Assembly (NCBI GenBank): GCA_002104905.1 | Contig: MCFE01000032.1 | Span: forward strand, 154,244-218,243 | Reading direction: 5' to 3' | From: Basidiobolus meristosporus CBS 931.73 | Taxonomy: Eukaryota > Fungi > Basidiobolomycota | DNA: 64,000 bases | In this document: piece after piece, positions 38,540 through 52,013 of the stretch | Layout of the letters: each line of letters opens with the position of its first letter | How positions within the stretch are numbered: the first letter of the stretch is position 1 | Translations under genes and position numbers: made by a program | The notes under the pieces: generated by a model | Databases searched by the model: none | What the model was told of the DNA's origin: nothing | The model's input: the letters and a program-made list of their open reading frames with translations, nothing else

Positions 38540-41500
38540 GTGGTGAATTATCTCAAAGTTGTATTGCTGTAGTCAAAGGGCCCAACATGCTATATGGCTG
38601 GTGAAGTCTTTAGTTTTCATCAGCCAGACCAATGTGCTGTGGTCTTTTACTGTTGTGAATTGGCAACCATGTTTGTATATATGGATTTGCTTAATTGCAC
38701 AAACAACAGCCAGATATTTTATCTTAGCAATAGGGTAGTCACATTTGTGTTTGTTTAGCAAATGGCTCACATAACCAACTAAGTGGAATTAACCAGGTTG
38801 GTGGCAATGTCCCAGTAGAGTGCCTATACCAGTGAGGCTTCCAATACAGTAACTAAAAAATCTCACATCTCAATTGCAAAGAAATAACACTGAGGGTGAC
38901 ATCAGGAAATGTTTCAGCTGATCAAATGCTTCCTTTTGAGGCTCCAACCACATGAAACACTGGCCTTCTGATGTTAATTTATACAGGGGGGCTGCTATTA
39001 TTGCAAAGTTTTTGATAAAGCAGCAATAGTAACCTGCTAATCCTTGAAACCCAAGCACTGCATTGATATTCTTTGGAGCAGGTGTATTGTGAATGGCCTT
39101 TAGTAGTGAAGTAGATGGGTATATCCTATCTAGCAAGATCTTGTGGCCCAGGAACAAATATTTTGTGTACAAGAAGTGGCACTTCTTGGGATGTAGTTTG
39201 AGTTGGTTCCTAAGGAGGGGTGTCAGGATATATTGCACACTATGTATATGTTCTTCTACATCCAGGGAATATATCATGATGTTGTCTAGATACACAATAG
39301 TGCATTCCTGTAGAAAGTTCCCAAGCACCTTATCAATCATCCTTTGTGATATAGCAGGGGCATTGCACATGCCAAAGGGCAGTCACTTCCAAATGTATTA
39401 TCCAAACAATGTGATGAAAGCAGTTTTGGGTTGATCTTCTGGGGCTACTTCTACTTGCCAATACCCAGAGATTAAGTCAAGAGAGCCAAAATATTTAGCT
39501 AGGACTAATCTGTCCAAGAGGTTGTCTATTTGCAGTAGTAGATACATGTCCTTCCAGGAGACAGTGTTCAATTTTTGGTAGTCAATGCAAAAATGTTGCT
39601 TTGCATCCTTCTTTGGGACTATTACTATAGGGGAGGCCCACAGAGAGTTGCTCTCTGCCATGATGTTGTCCTTCAATAAAGTTTCCACTGTCTCTCTAGT
39701 ATATTCTGTGACAATTTTTAGTCCCTATAGGCTTTTTGCTTGATGGGGTATTTGTTTGTAAGGTGGATATGGTGATATACCCTGAGTATATGACCAATTA
39801 CCTGGCTCTTATAGAATACTTGAGCAAGAGGGTGCATTTCTTTCAGGAACTTGTCTTGTAGAGTAGGTAGTAGACTGGGGTCCACATCCTGCTTGGGGAG
39901 CTCCTCTTGTGGTTCCTTACCTGTAGTTGGTCCTTGTTTGTTTCCATCAACTTCCTCTACATTTACAATGGAACTCCTCTAGGCAGTACTACCATGTGTT
40001 GTCCATTGCTAACCACTAAGCATTTCACATTTTGTGCTTCCAATTTTGGCAGTGTCCATACTTTAGGGATAAAGATTCCTGTCAGATGGTCAAATACCTT
40101 TGTTGCGGTTATCATTCTTTTGTACGTTGAATACACTATTGGTGTCTCTGATGGGATCACTGTCTCACTGGTAGATGGTATTTTTATCACCTCTTGTGTG
40201 ATGATCGGAGACTGCGATGGTTTCACCTATTTGATTGTCACATTATTGCTACACACCTTGTTCTCATTGGTGATATGAATCAGTGGGATACTCTTGGTAT
40301 CCCACTTGAGCTCAGATGCACCGTAGAGTATATCCATCTTATGTTGGATAAACCAACTATTCCCAATAAGTAGGTTGTTAGCTGCAATGGGTAGGACCAC
40401 AACATCTTGTTGTATAGGCAGGTTACCTAGCCAGATAGGGAAATTAGGTGCCATGTCTACTGTTGTGTCTAGTTGGTCATTTGCAAGCTGTACTCAAATG
40501 GTGTCATTGAGGACCATATCTAATTTTAGAGGTTTTGGTAATGACTCTGACATGATCAATGTAGAGGATCCTGTGCCAATAAGGGCAAGAATCTCCTTAT
40601 TCTGTATACAAACCTTTACATATGTGCCCTAATTTGGCTTTTGTAGGACTGTCTGGTTGAGATCCAGGGTGTTATCTCCTTCAATCCCACTGGTTCCTTC
40701 ACCTGCTCTCTAGAAGCATGATGTCTATACTTCTTCCTCACTTGGACTGTTCTGACGAGAGGGCTCAAACTGATTGAGTCTGTTGGCCTCCTGGCAAGGG
40801 ACTCTGTATTTGACACCTTCTTCTCCTTTGTTGCCAGTACTGGTTCTTGTCCATACCACTTTTCACATGTGCGGGCTCTGTGACTTATTTCTCCGCATAC
40901 ATAGCATGGAAACTGTTGCTGTGGTTGTTCCATCTGTTGGGTCAGGGCTTGTATTTGGGCCTTTTGACCTACAACAGCTTCCCAAAATGTATTGCCTTCT
41001 TTGGGGGCTTCTTGGACATTATTGATTGAGAGTTCTTGGACCTCTTGTTGTAATTCCTCTGACTCACAGTTACTTGGGAAGGTAATTTTTCCTATCTGAC
41101 AGGGGATCCCCGTTCTTCTATTGCCCATATGACTATGGGGTAGCTCTTGTAGCATTTTACATCCCTGTTGCTCTTTGGATACCCTGCGTCTTATTTTGTT
41201 GTCTAAGCCCATGATTTAATACCTCATGAGCTGTTGTTTGACCATTTTGTCCTTTGGGAGACATCAAGCAAGCTGCAGATATAGCTCTGTGTAGTCTTTG
41301 TAGCTCTCACTACTCCTTTTTGTGAGGACAGTAGAAGGGCATCATAGTGATATCCCTTGGCATAGAGAAATCATGCCATGTAGGCTTCTTCCAGTACATG
41401 CCAGTCACCTTTAATTGCATCTTCCATTCCATAATACCATCACCATGCTGACCCTTCCATACTTCTTGCAAACTCCCTTACTTTCCTATTGTGGTCCCAT

Positions 41501-42017
41501 CCTGCATCAACTGCAACTCTCTCAAACTTGTTGAACCGCTCAAGGGCTCTCTCTCTCTTTCCTTTGTATGCTCTCAGCTTGATTTTAGTAGTCATGACCT
41601 CACTTGTGCATAATTCCGCAGAGATGGTACCAAATCTGTGGGTTATTACTGAGTGTACCTGGTAGTTGGGAGAGCTTGTAGGTCAAGTTAGTACCACTTG
41701 GCACAAAATAGCTTCCAATAGAAGGTAGCAAGGTAATAATGACTTATATTGATTATGCTATGAAGCTCATCCCCTTGCACTTATCTCAGTTGGATTTATA
41801 TATATCTCACTGAGAGAGGCTTGAGTAATAGACAATGCGTTACAAAATAGGGGTGTGAGCACCTTCCTACTATGGTAATTGTCTAACTAGGTAAAGACAG
41901 GAATAGGAGGAAGAAAGTATGTGGGATTCAAAGGGAGGATGCTGGAGAGACTTTAGGTAGGACTCTGGAGGAGCTCTTGGGCAAAGAGTGGGTATTACAT
42001 TTTGTACTCACACTGTG

Positions 42018-42330
42018 GACCATCTGCCCCATTCTACTCAAGGAGATCCCTTGTGAAGCATCTCTGCTACCACAAGAACTATTGCCCTACAAGGTTTCAT
42101 CCACTATTCATAGTAACAGAAGTCCTAGAAGCTTTCATTCCCAGCTGACAGCAATGGAGAGCCACCTTGCAGAGGGTATGAATGACTTAGAGTCTACTTG
42201 GAATACTAGGTTCAGGAACCTCAATAGACTTCCATATCCCAGAGTGTTTGGCAACAGGTTTCATATCAGGAGTATTTTGGACATCATCCCAGTCAGAATA
42301 AAGAGAACTTCTAGAGAGTAGAGACACTTT
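42018..42330 (-). mobile_element. Element H fragment (right flank of G2)
   Basis: Joins 34477 across the CTGTG TSD to match the uninterrupted sequence at ~57965-58040; homologous to 44830-45000. Confidence 0.7.
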
Positions 42331-43375
42331 TATTCTAGTTTATGCTGGCCCTATTGCCTTTGTGTTGCTTGTCTGGATTTAATACATAAGCTACACATTG
42401 GATATGGACATCTTGGAACTGAAGGAATCTACAGCCCTGTAAAAGCCTGAGCATGGTGGCCCAGAAGGAAACAAGATATTAAGAAGCTAGTGAAAATATG
42501 ATCAAATTGCCAAATCAGCCAAGGCCAACCACAGAGAATTGCTGAACTCTTTCCCCTAGAGCCTGTAAGACCATTAGAGAGATGGGAAATTGACTTTATT
42601 GGAAGACTGCCAACCACCAGGAAATGCAACCATTGGATCCTAGTAGCAATTGATCATGCCACCAAATGATCAGTGGCTAAAGCTATACCTGTAGCAAGTG
42701 AATAAGAAGTTGCAAGTTTCATCCACCAAGAGGTCCTTATGAAGTTTGGGTGCCCTATAGAGACTCCATCCAATAGAGGAGCAAATTTTATGGCAAAGAT
42801 ATTGGAAGCTTACCTGGAGATGCAGCACATCAAGTGCCTGAAAACCTTGGCATATCACCCTAGAACTAATGGAATCACTGGGCAATTTAATGGATTGTTT
42901 GGGAAAATGCTGACCAAGTATGTAAATGGAGATATCAGTTGATGGGATGAGTATCTATATCAAGCAATTTTTGCCTGCAGAGTTAGAGTGCACAACACCA
43001 CTAAGCAATTGTCATATTACTAAGTGTATGGATGTAAGCCAAGGATTTCAGAAGATTTCACACAACCAAAGCTTACAGATGCCTTAGAAGATGAGCTCAG
43101 TCAGCCAAGTAGTCACCAGCAGCTGGAACAAAGATGTTAAGAGGCTCAGGCCAGAATATATAAAAGTGTAGAAAAGATGAAGCAGAGATTTGATAGGAAT
43201 ATATCACCAGAACCATTGAGAGTTAAGATCTTTGTATTGCTGCAAAACAACACTCAGAAGAAGTTTGAGACCCAATGGACAGGACCTTTCAAGATCATCA
43301 GAGAATGTCCATTTGAAACTTACCAACTAGTGGAGAGTCCAGGTAATATCTGGGAAGATCTTGTAATTAGATATA
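42330..43375 (+). mobile_element. Gypsy G1-family integrase fragment, decayed
   Basis: Colinear with 54690-55720 (PLERWEIDFIG, AYHPRTNG, QWTGPFKI). Confidence 0.88.
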
Positions 43376-45000
43376 AGAATTATTCCATTGTACCGTGCAG
43401 AGCACGCAGCACAATCTGCAATCTTTAAGAGCAATCAGGTGCAATATTATAGCAACCAATAGGCAGCATTGCTCTTGGACAGTTTTACACCATGTGGGAC
43501 AATCTTGCACACTATGGCACAATCTGACATGATGAGGTTAGCTCAGATGATTGCACCAACTTGTAATATTTGCATCACACTTGCAATTGGATACTGCTAT
43601 TATGGTAGATACAATCTGGTATTTGGATACGTTTCTTCAATGTAAATGAAAGTAAATGCATCTCACAATATGAACTACACTGATACTTACCATTTGGTAA
43701 CATTCACTCCATTGGACGGCATCTCAGAGGTTAATTGATCCAACAGTATCCTGAAGATGTCAGCCTCCAGTTGGCTCTTTGACCAATCCACAAGCTACCT
43801 GATTTGCCATCAAATATCCCACTTTGCCCATTGAGCAAGTAAATCCTGGATCCTAGTGATGAGATAAGGTGTCATAGCTAGCATGAAACCAATCAGATAT
43901 ATGTAAAATAGATCAAATGGCTGCACTGGTGTTGCAGATGATGTATATATATGCAGGAAGTTTATTTGTATAGGTTATGTGTCAAATGTGAGACAACATT
44001 GATATTGTGTATATCAAGAATTAGTGATCACTGATTTGCAATGGCTTGATTTGGATTGCAAAAAGAATGTGCTGCTTACTTCTTGACAAAATATGGCAAT
44101 TCAATGTCATTGCATCATCTTCTCCTAGGTTTTTTTTCTCACAGGGAAAACTACTGAGGTATTTAGTAGTAATTCACTTTACACACCTAAACTACTTCCT
44201 GGCTGACTATCCCCTTGGCTATTTGTGTATTTGTAGTTGGTATTCTGCCTCCTAGTTGATTAGTGTGAAGCTACAGCTTAGCCATGCTTAATTGCTCTGG
44301 ACAATGCTGCTGCTAGATTAATGAGTAAGGACTATATATCTGTATGAAGGCTCATCATAGACACTTGAGCTATACTAAAATTATTTGGCAAGAACACAAT
44401 CAGATCCATCATCAATTTCTCTGATCAAGACCGTGCTTGTGAGCTTTGTCTGAGTTGTACAAATGATGAGTTGAGACTTGGTATAAGGACAATAGTGATG
44501 GACTTTTACAGTAGTGTATTGGTATCAATCTGGTCTTATATAAAATATCAATGGAAACCAAGGTGAATGTGGAATTTTCCACATATTATGCATGATGCAT
44601 CATGAATTGTATTAACATTTATTGGATCACATCAATTGCAGATTTCCTATTTGATTATAGACTTGTGAGTAAAGCATCAATATAAATACCAGTCATTGTT
44701 TGAGGATGATTTTTGCAACATAATGATGGGATGCATGGCAACTGATGGAGATCCAATCATAATGCATGGAAAATCAATAAATAAAGCTGGTTGTGCTAAA
44801 TTGATTCAAATCACCCAAGCCCAATCACTAAGGTTTCATCCCAACATCCATGGCAACAAAAGTCCTAGAAGCTTTCATTCCAAGCTGATAGCAATGGGGA
44901 GCCATCTTGCAGTGCTTATGAATGACTTAGAGCAAGCTTGGAATACTAGGATTGGAAGCTCCAATCAACTTCCATATCCCAGAGTATTCAGCAACATGTT
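43376..45000 (-). mobile_element. Element H terminal fragment with internal deletions
   Basis: Degenerate terminus AGAATTATTCCATT at 43376; homologous in order to 13805-14228, 48940-49480, 33980-34350 and 42080-42260. Confidence 0.65.
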
Positions 45001-45023
45001 CCATACCAATGTAACTCTACTAA

Positions 45024-45392
45024 TGTTACAAGTCTTGGTATAAGAGTTGTAGAGAAATTGCGAGTTTAGCTAGTATTGTATTCACTAAAACTTGGACTGA
45101 TCTTTATTGCGGGTCCAGCAGCTCCTTATATACATTTTGCCAGATCAATTGCTGACTAATTGTATTTCCTAATGTAGGTTGTGGCTGATGACCCATTTGA
45201 TTGCATCATCATCACCCAATAAGATCCTACTTGATGTCTCCATTTCCGTCTGAAAAGGATCAGCTGATTCATTTGCTGACTAATGCTACTGATTTGATAG
45301 ATAATACTGATATACTGATAACTTAAACATATGACTAATTGATTTGACTAAAAAATGATCTCACTTAAACATTCAAGCGTCAGATCATAACA
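45024..45392 (-). mobile_element. Solo LTR, gypsy family G1
   Basis: Reverse complement of the LTRs at 52014 and 55837; exact 4-bp TSD CTAA. Confidence 0.9.
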
Positions 45393-45900
45393 CTAATTCT
45401 TTTTTACAGCTTCCCTCACAAAGTGGTATTGTGTACCTATCTGCTTAGTTCTGCCATGAATGGCAGAATTTCTAGATAACAAGAGACAGCTTTGATTATC
45501 TTTATAAACGTATGTTGGTACATCTGATTTACCGCATAAGTCTTTGAGATATTTTTGTAGCCATATACATATAGTCTCCCTAGTTGCATAACAAGTGGCC
45601 ATAGATTCAACTTCAGTTTTACATAAGGCTATAGTTGGTTATTTCTTGCAATTCCAAGTAATAACTGCACTAGCATAAAGAAATACATACCCAGTGGTAG
45701 AGCATCTGTCAATCAGATCCCTACCGTAATTTGAATTACTATACAGTGGCAGTTGGAATAGTTAACTAGTTTATGCAGAAGTATGGATTGAATCAAGTCA
45801 CAGCAGTTAGGCAGCATTTCACATATCTACAAGGTACCATAAATATGGTACTGTAATACTCTGAAGCAGCTAATAGGCAGATATATGATGATTATAGTTG
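45393..45900 (-). mobile_element. Ty1/copia RNase H remnant of a second, divergent family
   Basis: STTGYVFLYASAVITW..KK.PTIAL, YKDNQSC...RTKQI..QYHFVREAV; interrupted by the G1 solo LTR. Confidence 0.75.
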
Positions 45901-46979
45901 TGACACACAGGGCCATGTAGCATGGAGAAGTAGAGTTATGTTTCACATTGTGAAGCCTAGAACAAGTGCTACGCATCTTTGGTGCCCTTTGGCACTATTT
46001 GGCATTGATGGCTCAAAGTGGTACTATGTGATAGAGCAAGTCTAGTTGCCACTATATAATAATATTGCACCAGCTACTAACTACTTCCTGAATAGTAGCT
46101 AGCTGCCCTTGTCACTTTGGGCAAATTTAGTCTAGTGGCTTCCTGATGCCTTTTGGTGCACCTCAGCCTACTGGATACAGCATGCAGAGTGATAACTCTG
46201 AAGCAGAAGGTTTGTTAAAGAAGTGTAAGCCTATATTGCATCAAAAAGGTACTCTGTATGAGAACACAAAACCCTAATATGCATTGATATAACACCTGTG
46301 GAAGAAAATGTCAAGATTACTTTATGGGGCCAAGTGAGGCCTGTAGTCCATTTGCAGACAAATGAATATATGTTCTGGCTAGAGATGTGGTATGGTTCCA
46401 CCTGTATTAGTTATGGTTGCCTTAAGGATTAACTGCTACTTTTTGCCAAAGCTGTCTCAGGATGCAACCCACTATGCACCTAAAATAGATGGACAGCCAT
46501 CATGTAGCAGGAATTATATGACCCTGAGACCATGCTGACACTAGCTTGCAGCAAAAACTGTAAGGCCTACAAATCAGAGAATGCCACCTTTGCAAGGGTC
46601 CAACTTGCAGAAATCCACTACTCTAGGTGAAAAATATTATTAACACTCTTAATATATTCCAGTACTGCCCCAACAAAAGCTGATCATATGGTCCTGCAAT
46701 ATTCTGTGACTATATAGTATTGCATTCAGTATCAATAAGCTGCAAGCTTTGCTATCATATATGATGATAACTATAACAAGCACCAAGTAGCAACACCTAC
46801 ACTTAAGCTATATACAACAATGCATTTGCCATAGCACCCCCATGCAATGATTCTGGCAGAAACCCTACAGCCTTGTATCATTATTCTTCTCAGGCTCTAT
46901 GAATCCTAGCTTCAGCTATCAATATAAGGTCAAACACCTCCTCTGCTGGTATTTGTGCTCAACCCTTGCAATAATCAAG

Positions 46980-48560
46980 TGTGTTTTCTTGAACACTGTA
47001 GTTTAAGTAGTGCAGCAACCTTGAGGTGTGCCTGTAAATGTTTCAAGTTACACTATATGCATTGTAAGGGGCTTCTGAGTTACTGTGTAATTATATAGTC
47101 TGTCAGTGGGATCTCTACATAGTTTGCAATGTGATATGTGGAGGTTGTGATAGACAAAAAGCCTTTTCTGAATACTCATTTACCCCACTGAAGTGTAGCT
47201 TAAGTAACTGTACTGCCAGCACTTGCAAAAGTGGCAGTTGAATTTATGGTAGTTGTTCTTGACTAGTATGAGGAGAGCTCTTTCTGAACTGATGGCATTA
47301 GTTGGTCAAGATTGCAGCTTCTTTTTCATGCTCTCTTGTCTCTGGTTTAGGTAGGATTTCTTCTTTACCTTACCAATATCATTGCAAAGCCATTGATTCT
47401 ACTTAGACTTGGTGCTTTGTTTGTTGGGGTATATTTCTCCCAGACAAATACTGTACTAACAAATCTTGTACTTTTTGCTTAACCTTGGCTGGCTCCCTTC
47501 TGGCTCCCCATTGTTTGTTTGCTGCTTATTTGGAGCTTTCTTGCCTATCTGTGACAGTAACTTGAGGAAGCCATATGTTTTCACTACGGCACACTTATTC
47601 TTTTGCCTGTAATAGTGTTTGCTATTCATGAGAAAAATTGTTAGTACTCTAACTGTGGTCCAAGATTTGCATACTCATTTTGATCCAGGACAATGCGCAT
47701 AGAGCAGATTAAGTGCATTCTGCTTGGCCTTGAGTTTCCAGTAATAACATAGTATTCTAGTGTCAAGGTGATGCCAGGCTAGACTTCTAATAGCCTCTGG
47801 AATGTTATCCAACTCTTCATCACTGCAAACAATGAAGTCACCAATTTTAAACATCTATTGCTTTTTTGGCCTAGTTAAAGATCACAACTTTTCCTCCCTT
47901 GCTGTAATAAGATTTCTGTGAGCAATATCTCTGGGCACTAGTATTGAGCTTCTGAAGCTTAAGAGTGCTTCCCAGCTGCTAAATTGAGATATTGCTTGAT
48001 TCTGGTCTCTGACATTGAGCTACACATGATCCTACTTTGCAGCAGAGTTACTGCATTTCCTTTCCAGGGTATTAGTTGCACTACATCTTTTATCTGTGAA
48101 TCCTAGTGCTGGGCTATTTCCTGATTTCATTGTGCCTTCACATCTAACCTATTAGCCATTGCCCCTATTTGCCTCAGCAATTCTTTGGCAAGAGCTGACA
48201 ACACACTTGCCAATATAGGTGGTGATAATGTTATGGCAATTATTTGATGGTCTTTTACTGAAAGTACTGCATTAGCTACATTCCCATGTACCTAAGCATT
48301 GTTGACAGCTTGCAGCTCAACAGTAAATCTCAATTGCCTACTTGATTCAGAGCCTGAGGAGTCATCATTATTAATGTGATTATGCACACTGTCAATATGT
48401 CAATTATTAGATGTAGACTTGCTTGTTGCACTCTGTATCAAGGCAAGCTATTGTTTAACATTTCCTGGCTGTTTACTATGGTTAGGTTTGAATGGGAACC
48501 AGACAATGTTGCTTTATCTTGAAACAACAAGCTACCTGCACCAAGTTTAGTTGCTGAGAA
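46980..48560 (-). mobile_element. Highly decayed copy of the element X second-ORF region
   Basis: Patchy colinear similarity to 59620-61370; boundaries approximate. Confidence 0.55.
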
Positions 48561-48939
48561 TTATATGAAAAAGTTCTCTCTAGACCAAGCCTGAATCATA
48601 AGGCAGTTAATAAATTAAGTTTAATGTTTGTATGATATAAAATTGGAAATATTGTGGTTTGTTGTGGCAGTAATGTTACTGATAGGTACTTATGCTAAAA
48701 TATTACCTGTAGCTATATGATTTAGTTTAAATTGCCATCAATTTCAAATAGTATAATATGTCCAGTCTAACTAATACTAACTGGAATATTAATATCCTGG
48801 TTCTGACAAATCCCACTAAGAACATTTGTTTCTTTGATACAAATGCATATCACACCGTAAACTACTCTAATATTTACTATTTTGAATGCTATCACTTCAA
48901 TCAAATGGCATATCAATGGCTAATATGTCTGATATTATC

Positions 48940-50750
48940 TTGAAGCTGCGAGTCAACAATTGGCTCATTGATCAGTACATAAGCTCCCTGATTTGCCATT
49001 AAATATTCCATTTTGCCCATTAAGCAAGTAAGCCCATGATCTGTGTAGTTAGACAAGGTGTCAAGTAAGCATGCATCCTATTGCGTAGGTGCAAATCGGA
49101 TTAAATAGCTGCACTGGTGTTACAAATGATGTGTACATATGCAGGGTGTTTATCATAAGGGCTCTGTCTCAAATGTGAGGCAATCTTGATCTTAGTTGAA
49201 ACACAAACATAGTGATCACAGATTTGCAATGGCTTGATTTGGATCACACAAAAAATGCATTATTTGGATCATGGCAAATGGTAGCAATTCATTGTGATTG
49301 CAATTTCTGCTGCAAGGTTTTTTGTAGTGGGAGTAGTACTAAAGCATTTGGTAGTAATTCTCTTTGCATACCTGACCTACTTCCTTGTTGACCATCTTCT
49401 TGGCTACTTGATTGCTTGTGGTAAGTATTTTGCCTACTATTGATGAGTGCAATGCTGGAACTTGGCTATGCTGAATTGCTCCAGATGATATAACAGAACC
49501 AGCCTGAAGTGGCACATACTGACATTTTTTGTTACTTGCCTAATGCTCTAGTGGCACAGGCACTTTGTGAGGGTCATTGTCAGTCAGTTCACCAGAAGTA
49601 GCTAGCTGAAGTTGATGTTGAAATAATTAGGAATCCTCCTAATTATTAATATATTATGAACTAGCACCAAGTTAAGTGATATATTTCAGATTATTAACTT
49701 AGAAATTAGTTTGTAAGATATATGCTAATTATCAGGAATCAGAGAAGTACAGAATTTTAGGAAAATTTGAAGCTTGTCCAAATGAGCTGAAACTTGCACA
49801 TGTACTCCTGAGACTCCCCTGACAGTTACCAAATAGTACATTTACGTAGTTCTGCAATAAGTATAAATACTGTGTTGTAATGCAATAAAGCAACAAGTGA
49901 ATATCATGTAAATCTTCTAATTCTCCAGTTCACTTCCAATATAGGTCTCTAATATTTTGACAGTTCAGGCATGCCAGCAAGTGCAGGTGCAACATGATGC
50001 ATTGACATAGCCCATGGCTGAGTTTGATGTAATATTACATATTGACCCAACTTGGTGTGCACCAATAGACCTGTGTCTAAATGAGCAGTTTGATGAGTTT
50101 GGGTATATATGCTCCAAAGCACATTAGCTTGAACCAGGGTGCTCTTTGGAAGGGTGTTAGAGTAGATTAGACTAGCATGCATGGCACACCAATGTTGCAG
50201 GGGATGGTAAGGAATCCAGCTGGGTGTGCTGACACAATTTTGATGCCATTGCTTGTGGTCTGTATTCTTCCTTTTGAAGCTCACCTGATTCCTCAAGGTA
50301 TCCACTTACCCTTTGTCTGATACATTGGAACTGTTGCCTTGAAGAGTCCTGTGTGTATTGCTCTTAAAAGCCACTTAGCTCTACTAATATATCACATACT
50401 ACATAATTTATTTAAGGCAAAAACTGATTCAAAATCTCTTGGTTTTTAATACTTGTCTGGCTATATATCTTCTGACATACATCTACTGGCACCTTGATGA
50501 ATAACTTGTGTCACAGCTTTCTACTCAGATTCATCCATCTCTGTTGACTCTTGTGGGTATCTAGTTCTGCTAGATTAATGAGTTGTGCCCAAATATCTTA
50601 ATTTGGTCTGGGTTATACTAAAGAAGAGCTATGACTTGGCATAGGGCCCATATTAACAGATATGGATACATATACAGAAGTGTACTGCCATCAACCTGGT
50701 CTTATATGAATAATCTGAGGACCATTGTGTTTGTGGAATTATCCATATGA
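48940..50750 (-). mobile_element. Element H internal fragment (contains a solo LTR)
   Basis: Homologous to 43760-44300, 27350-27870 and 33347-34000; provides the empty site for copia C. Confidence 0.7.
49616..49962 (+). mobile_element. Solo LTR, distant relative of the copia LTR
   Basis: TGTTG...TGACA, 347 bp, with GTATAAATACT, AATAAA and CACTTCCAATAT in the same order as in the copia LTR; TSD GTTGA/GTTCA (one mismatch). Confidence 0.7.
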
Positions 50751-52013
50751 TAGACTTGTTCTGTTGCACCTCATGGTGTTGTCTTTCTTTAGAATATCAG
50801 TTAAAGGGGCTGCAATACTTGCAAAGGACTTAAAGAATCTCCAATAATAGGAGACCATTCCAAGGAATGATCTGAGTTCTGATATGCTATGGAGCTGCTT
50901 CAGCTTCTTGATGACTTCTATCTTTGTTGGGTCTGGGGTAACTTCTGTGCTAGTCACTATGTGTCTCAGGTACTCAACAAGTTCCTTCAAGAATGCACAC
51001 TTTGTTAGCTTACCATACAGCTTGTTCTCTCTTAGCTTCTTCAAGACCTTTTCAACATGCACCAAGTGTTTCTCAGCTATCTTGCTGCATATCAATATGT
51101 CATCCAGATAGATTACCACAAACTTGTATTCCAGAATGACTTTTAGCATCAAGGTCATGAATGTTGCAGGGGCATTGGTAAAGCCAAAACTCACAACTAG
51201 GAGCTTGTAATGTCGCTATCTGGTCCTGATTGCTGTCTTAGAGATGTCTTCTGGTTTCACCCAATCTGGTTGTACCCTGATATAAGATCAATCTTGCTGA
51301 GTATTGTAGCTCCATTGTGTTGGTCCAAATGCTCATCAATCCAAGGTATGGAGTACTTATTCTTCATGGTAACTGAGTTGATGGCACTGTAGTCAATGCA
51401 CATCCTGAGTGCTACATCCTTCTTTTTTGCAAAAAGTACTGTTGCTCCCCAAGGTGACTTGCTGGGTCTGATGTATCCTTGCTCTGATAACTAACCTATT
51501 TGTCTCTTCATCTATTACAACTCCAATGGACTCATTCTGTAAGGAGTCTTACTGACTGGAGTGCTATCTCCTTTGTCAATGGCATGATCCATGCCTCTGA
51601 CTGGTGGTAGCCTTATGAGTTCCTCTGAAAATACATCTGAATATTCCTTCAAATGAGAATGCACCTTCTGGGATGCTGGAGTAGAAAATTCCTCCTGTAT
51701 ATTATCAAGAAGAACATCTGGGTACCTTTTCTAGGTGCTCTACAGAACTGTGTCTTGCTAAGCTCATTTATTTCACACACACTGAAATTGACCAACTTAA
51801 AATCCAGTTTGGCAGGTAAAATATCATAGGTATTATATTCCTTCTGGATCTGAGTAGCCTGGGATCTTCAGTTGATTGATGGATTACAACAAAATAGCCA
51901 GGTTTTTCCAAGTACAAGGCCAAACTCACAGTTCCAAATGTAAAGGACTGTAGGTCTTCTTCATAGTAATTGGTTTTCATCCTAACTGGCTGAGTAGTAC
52001 GGTTGATTATGTG

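Larger units (their letters stand above)
34478..42012 (-). mobile_element. Ty3/gypsy element G2, full length, decayed
   Basis: LTRs 34478-34852 and 41637-42012; exact 5-bp TSD CTGTG; TGGTACC PBS-like motif after the 5' LTR. gag with CYVCGEISHRARTC, protease, RT (YLDN, 39700-38870), RH, INT (H2C2 ~37200, core 36900-36300), then a long extension. Confidence 0.93.
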
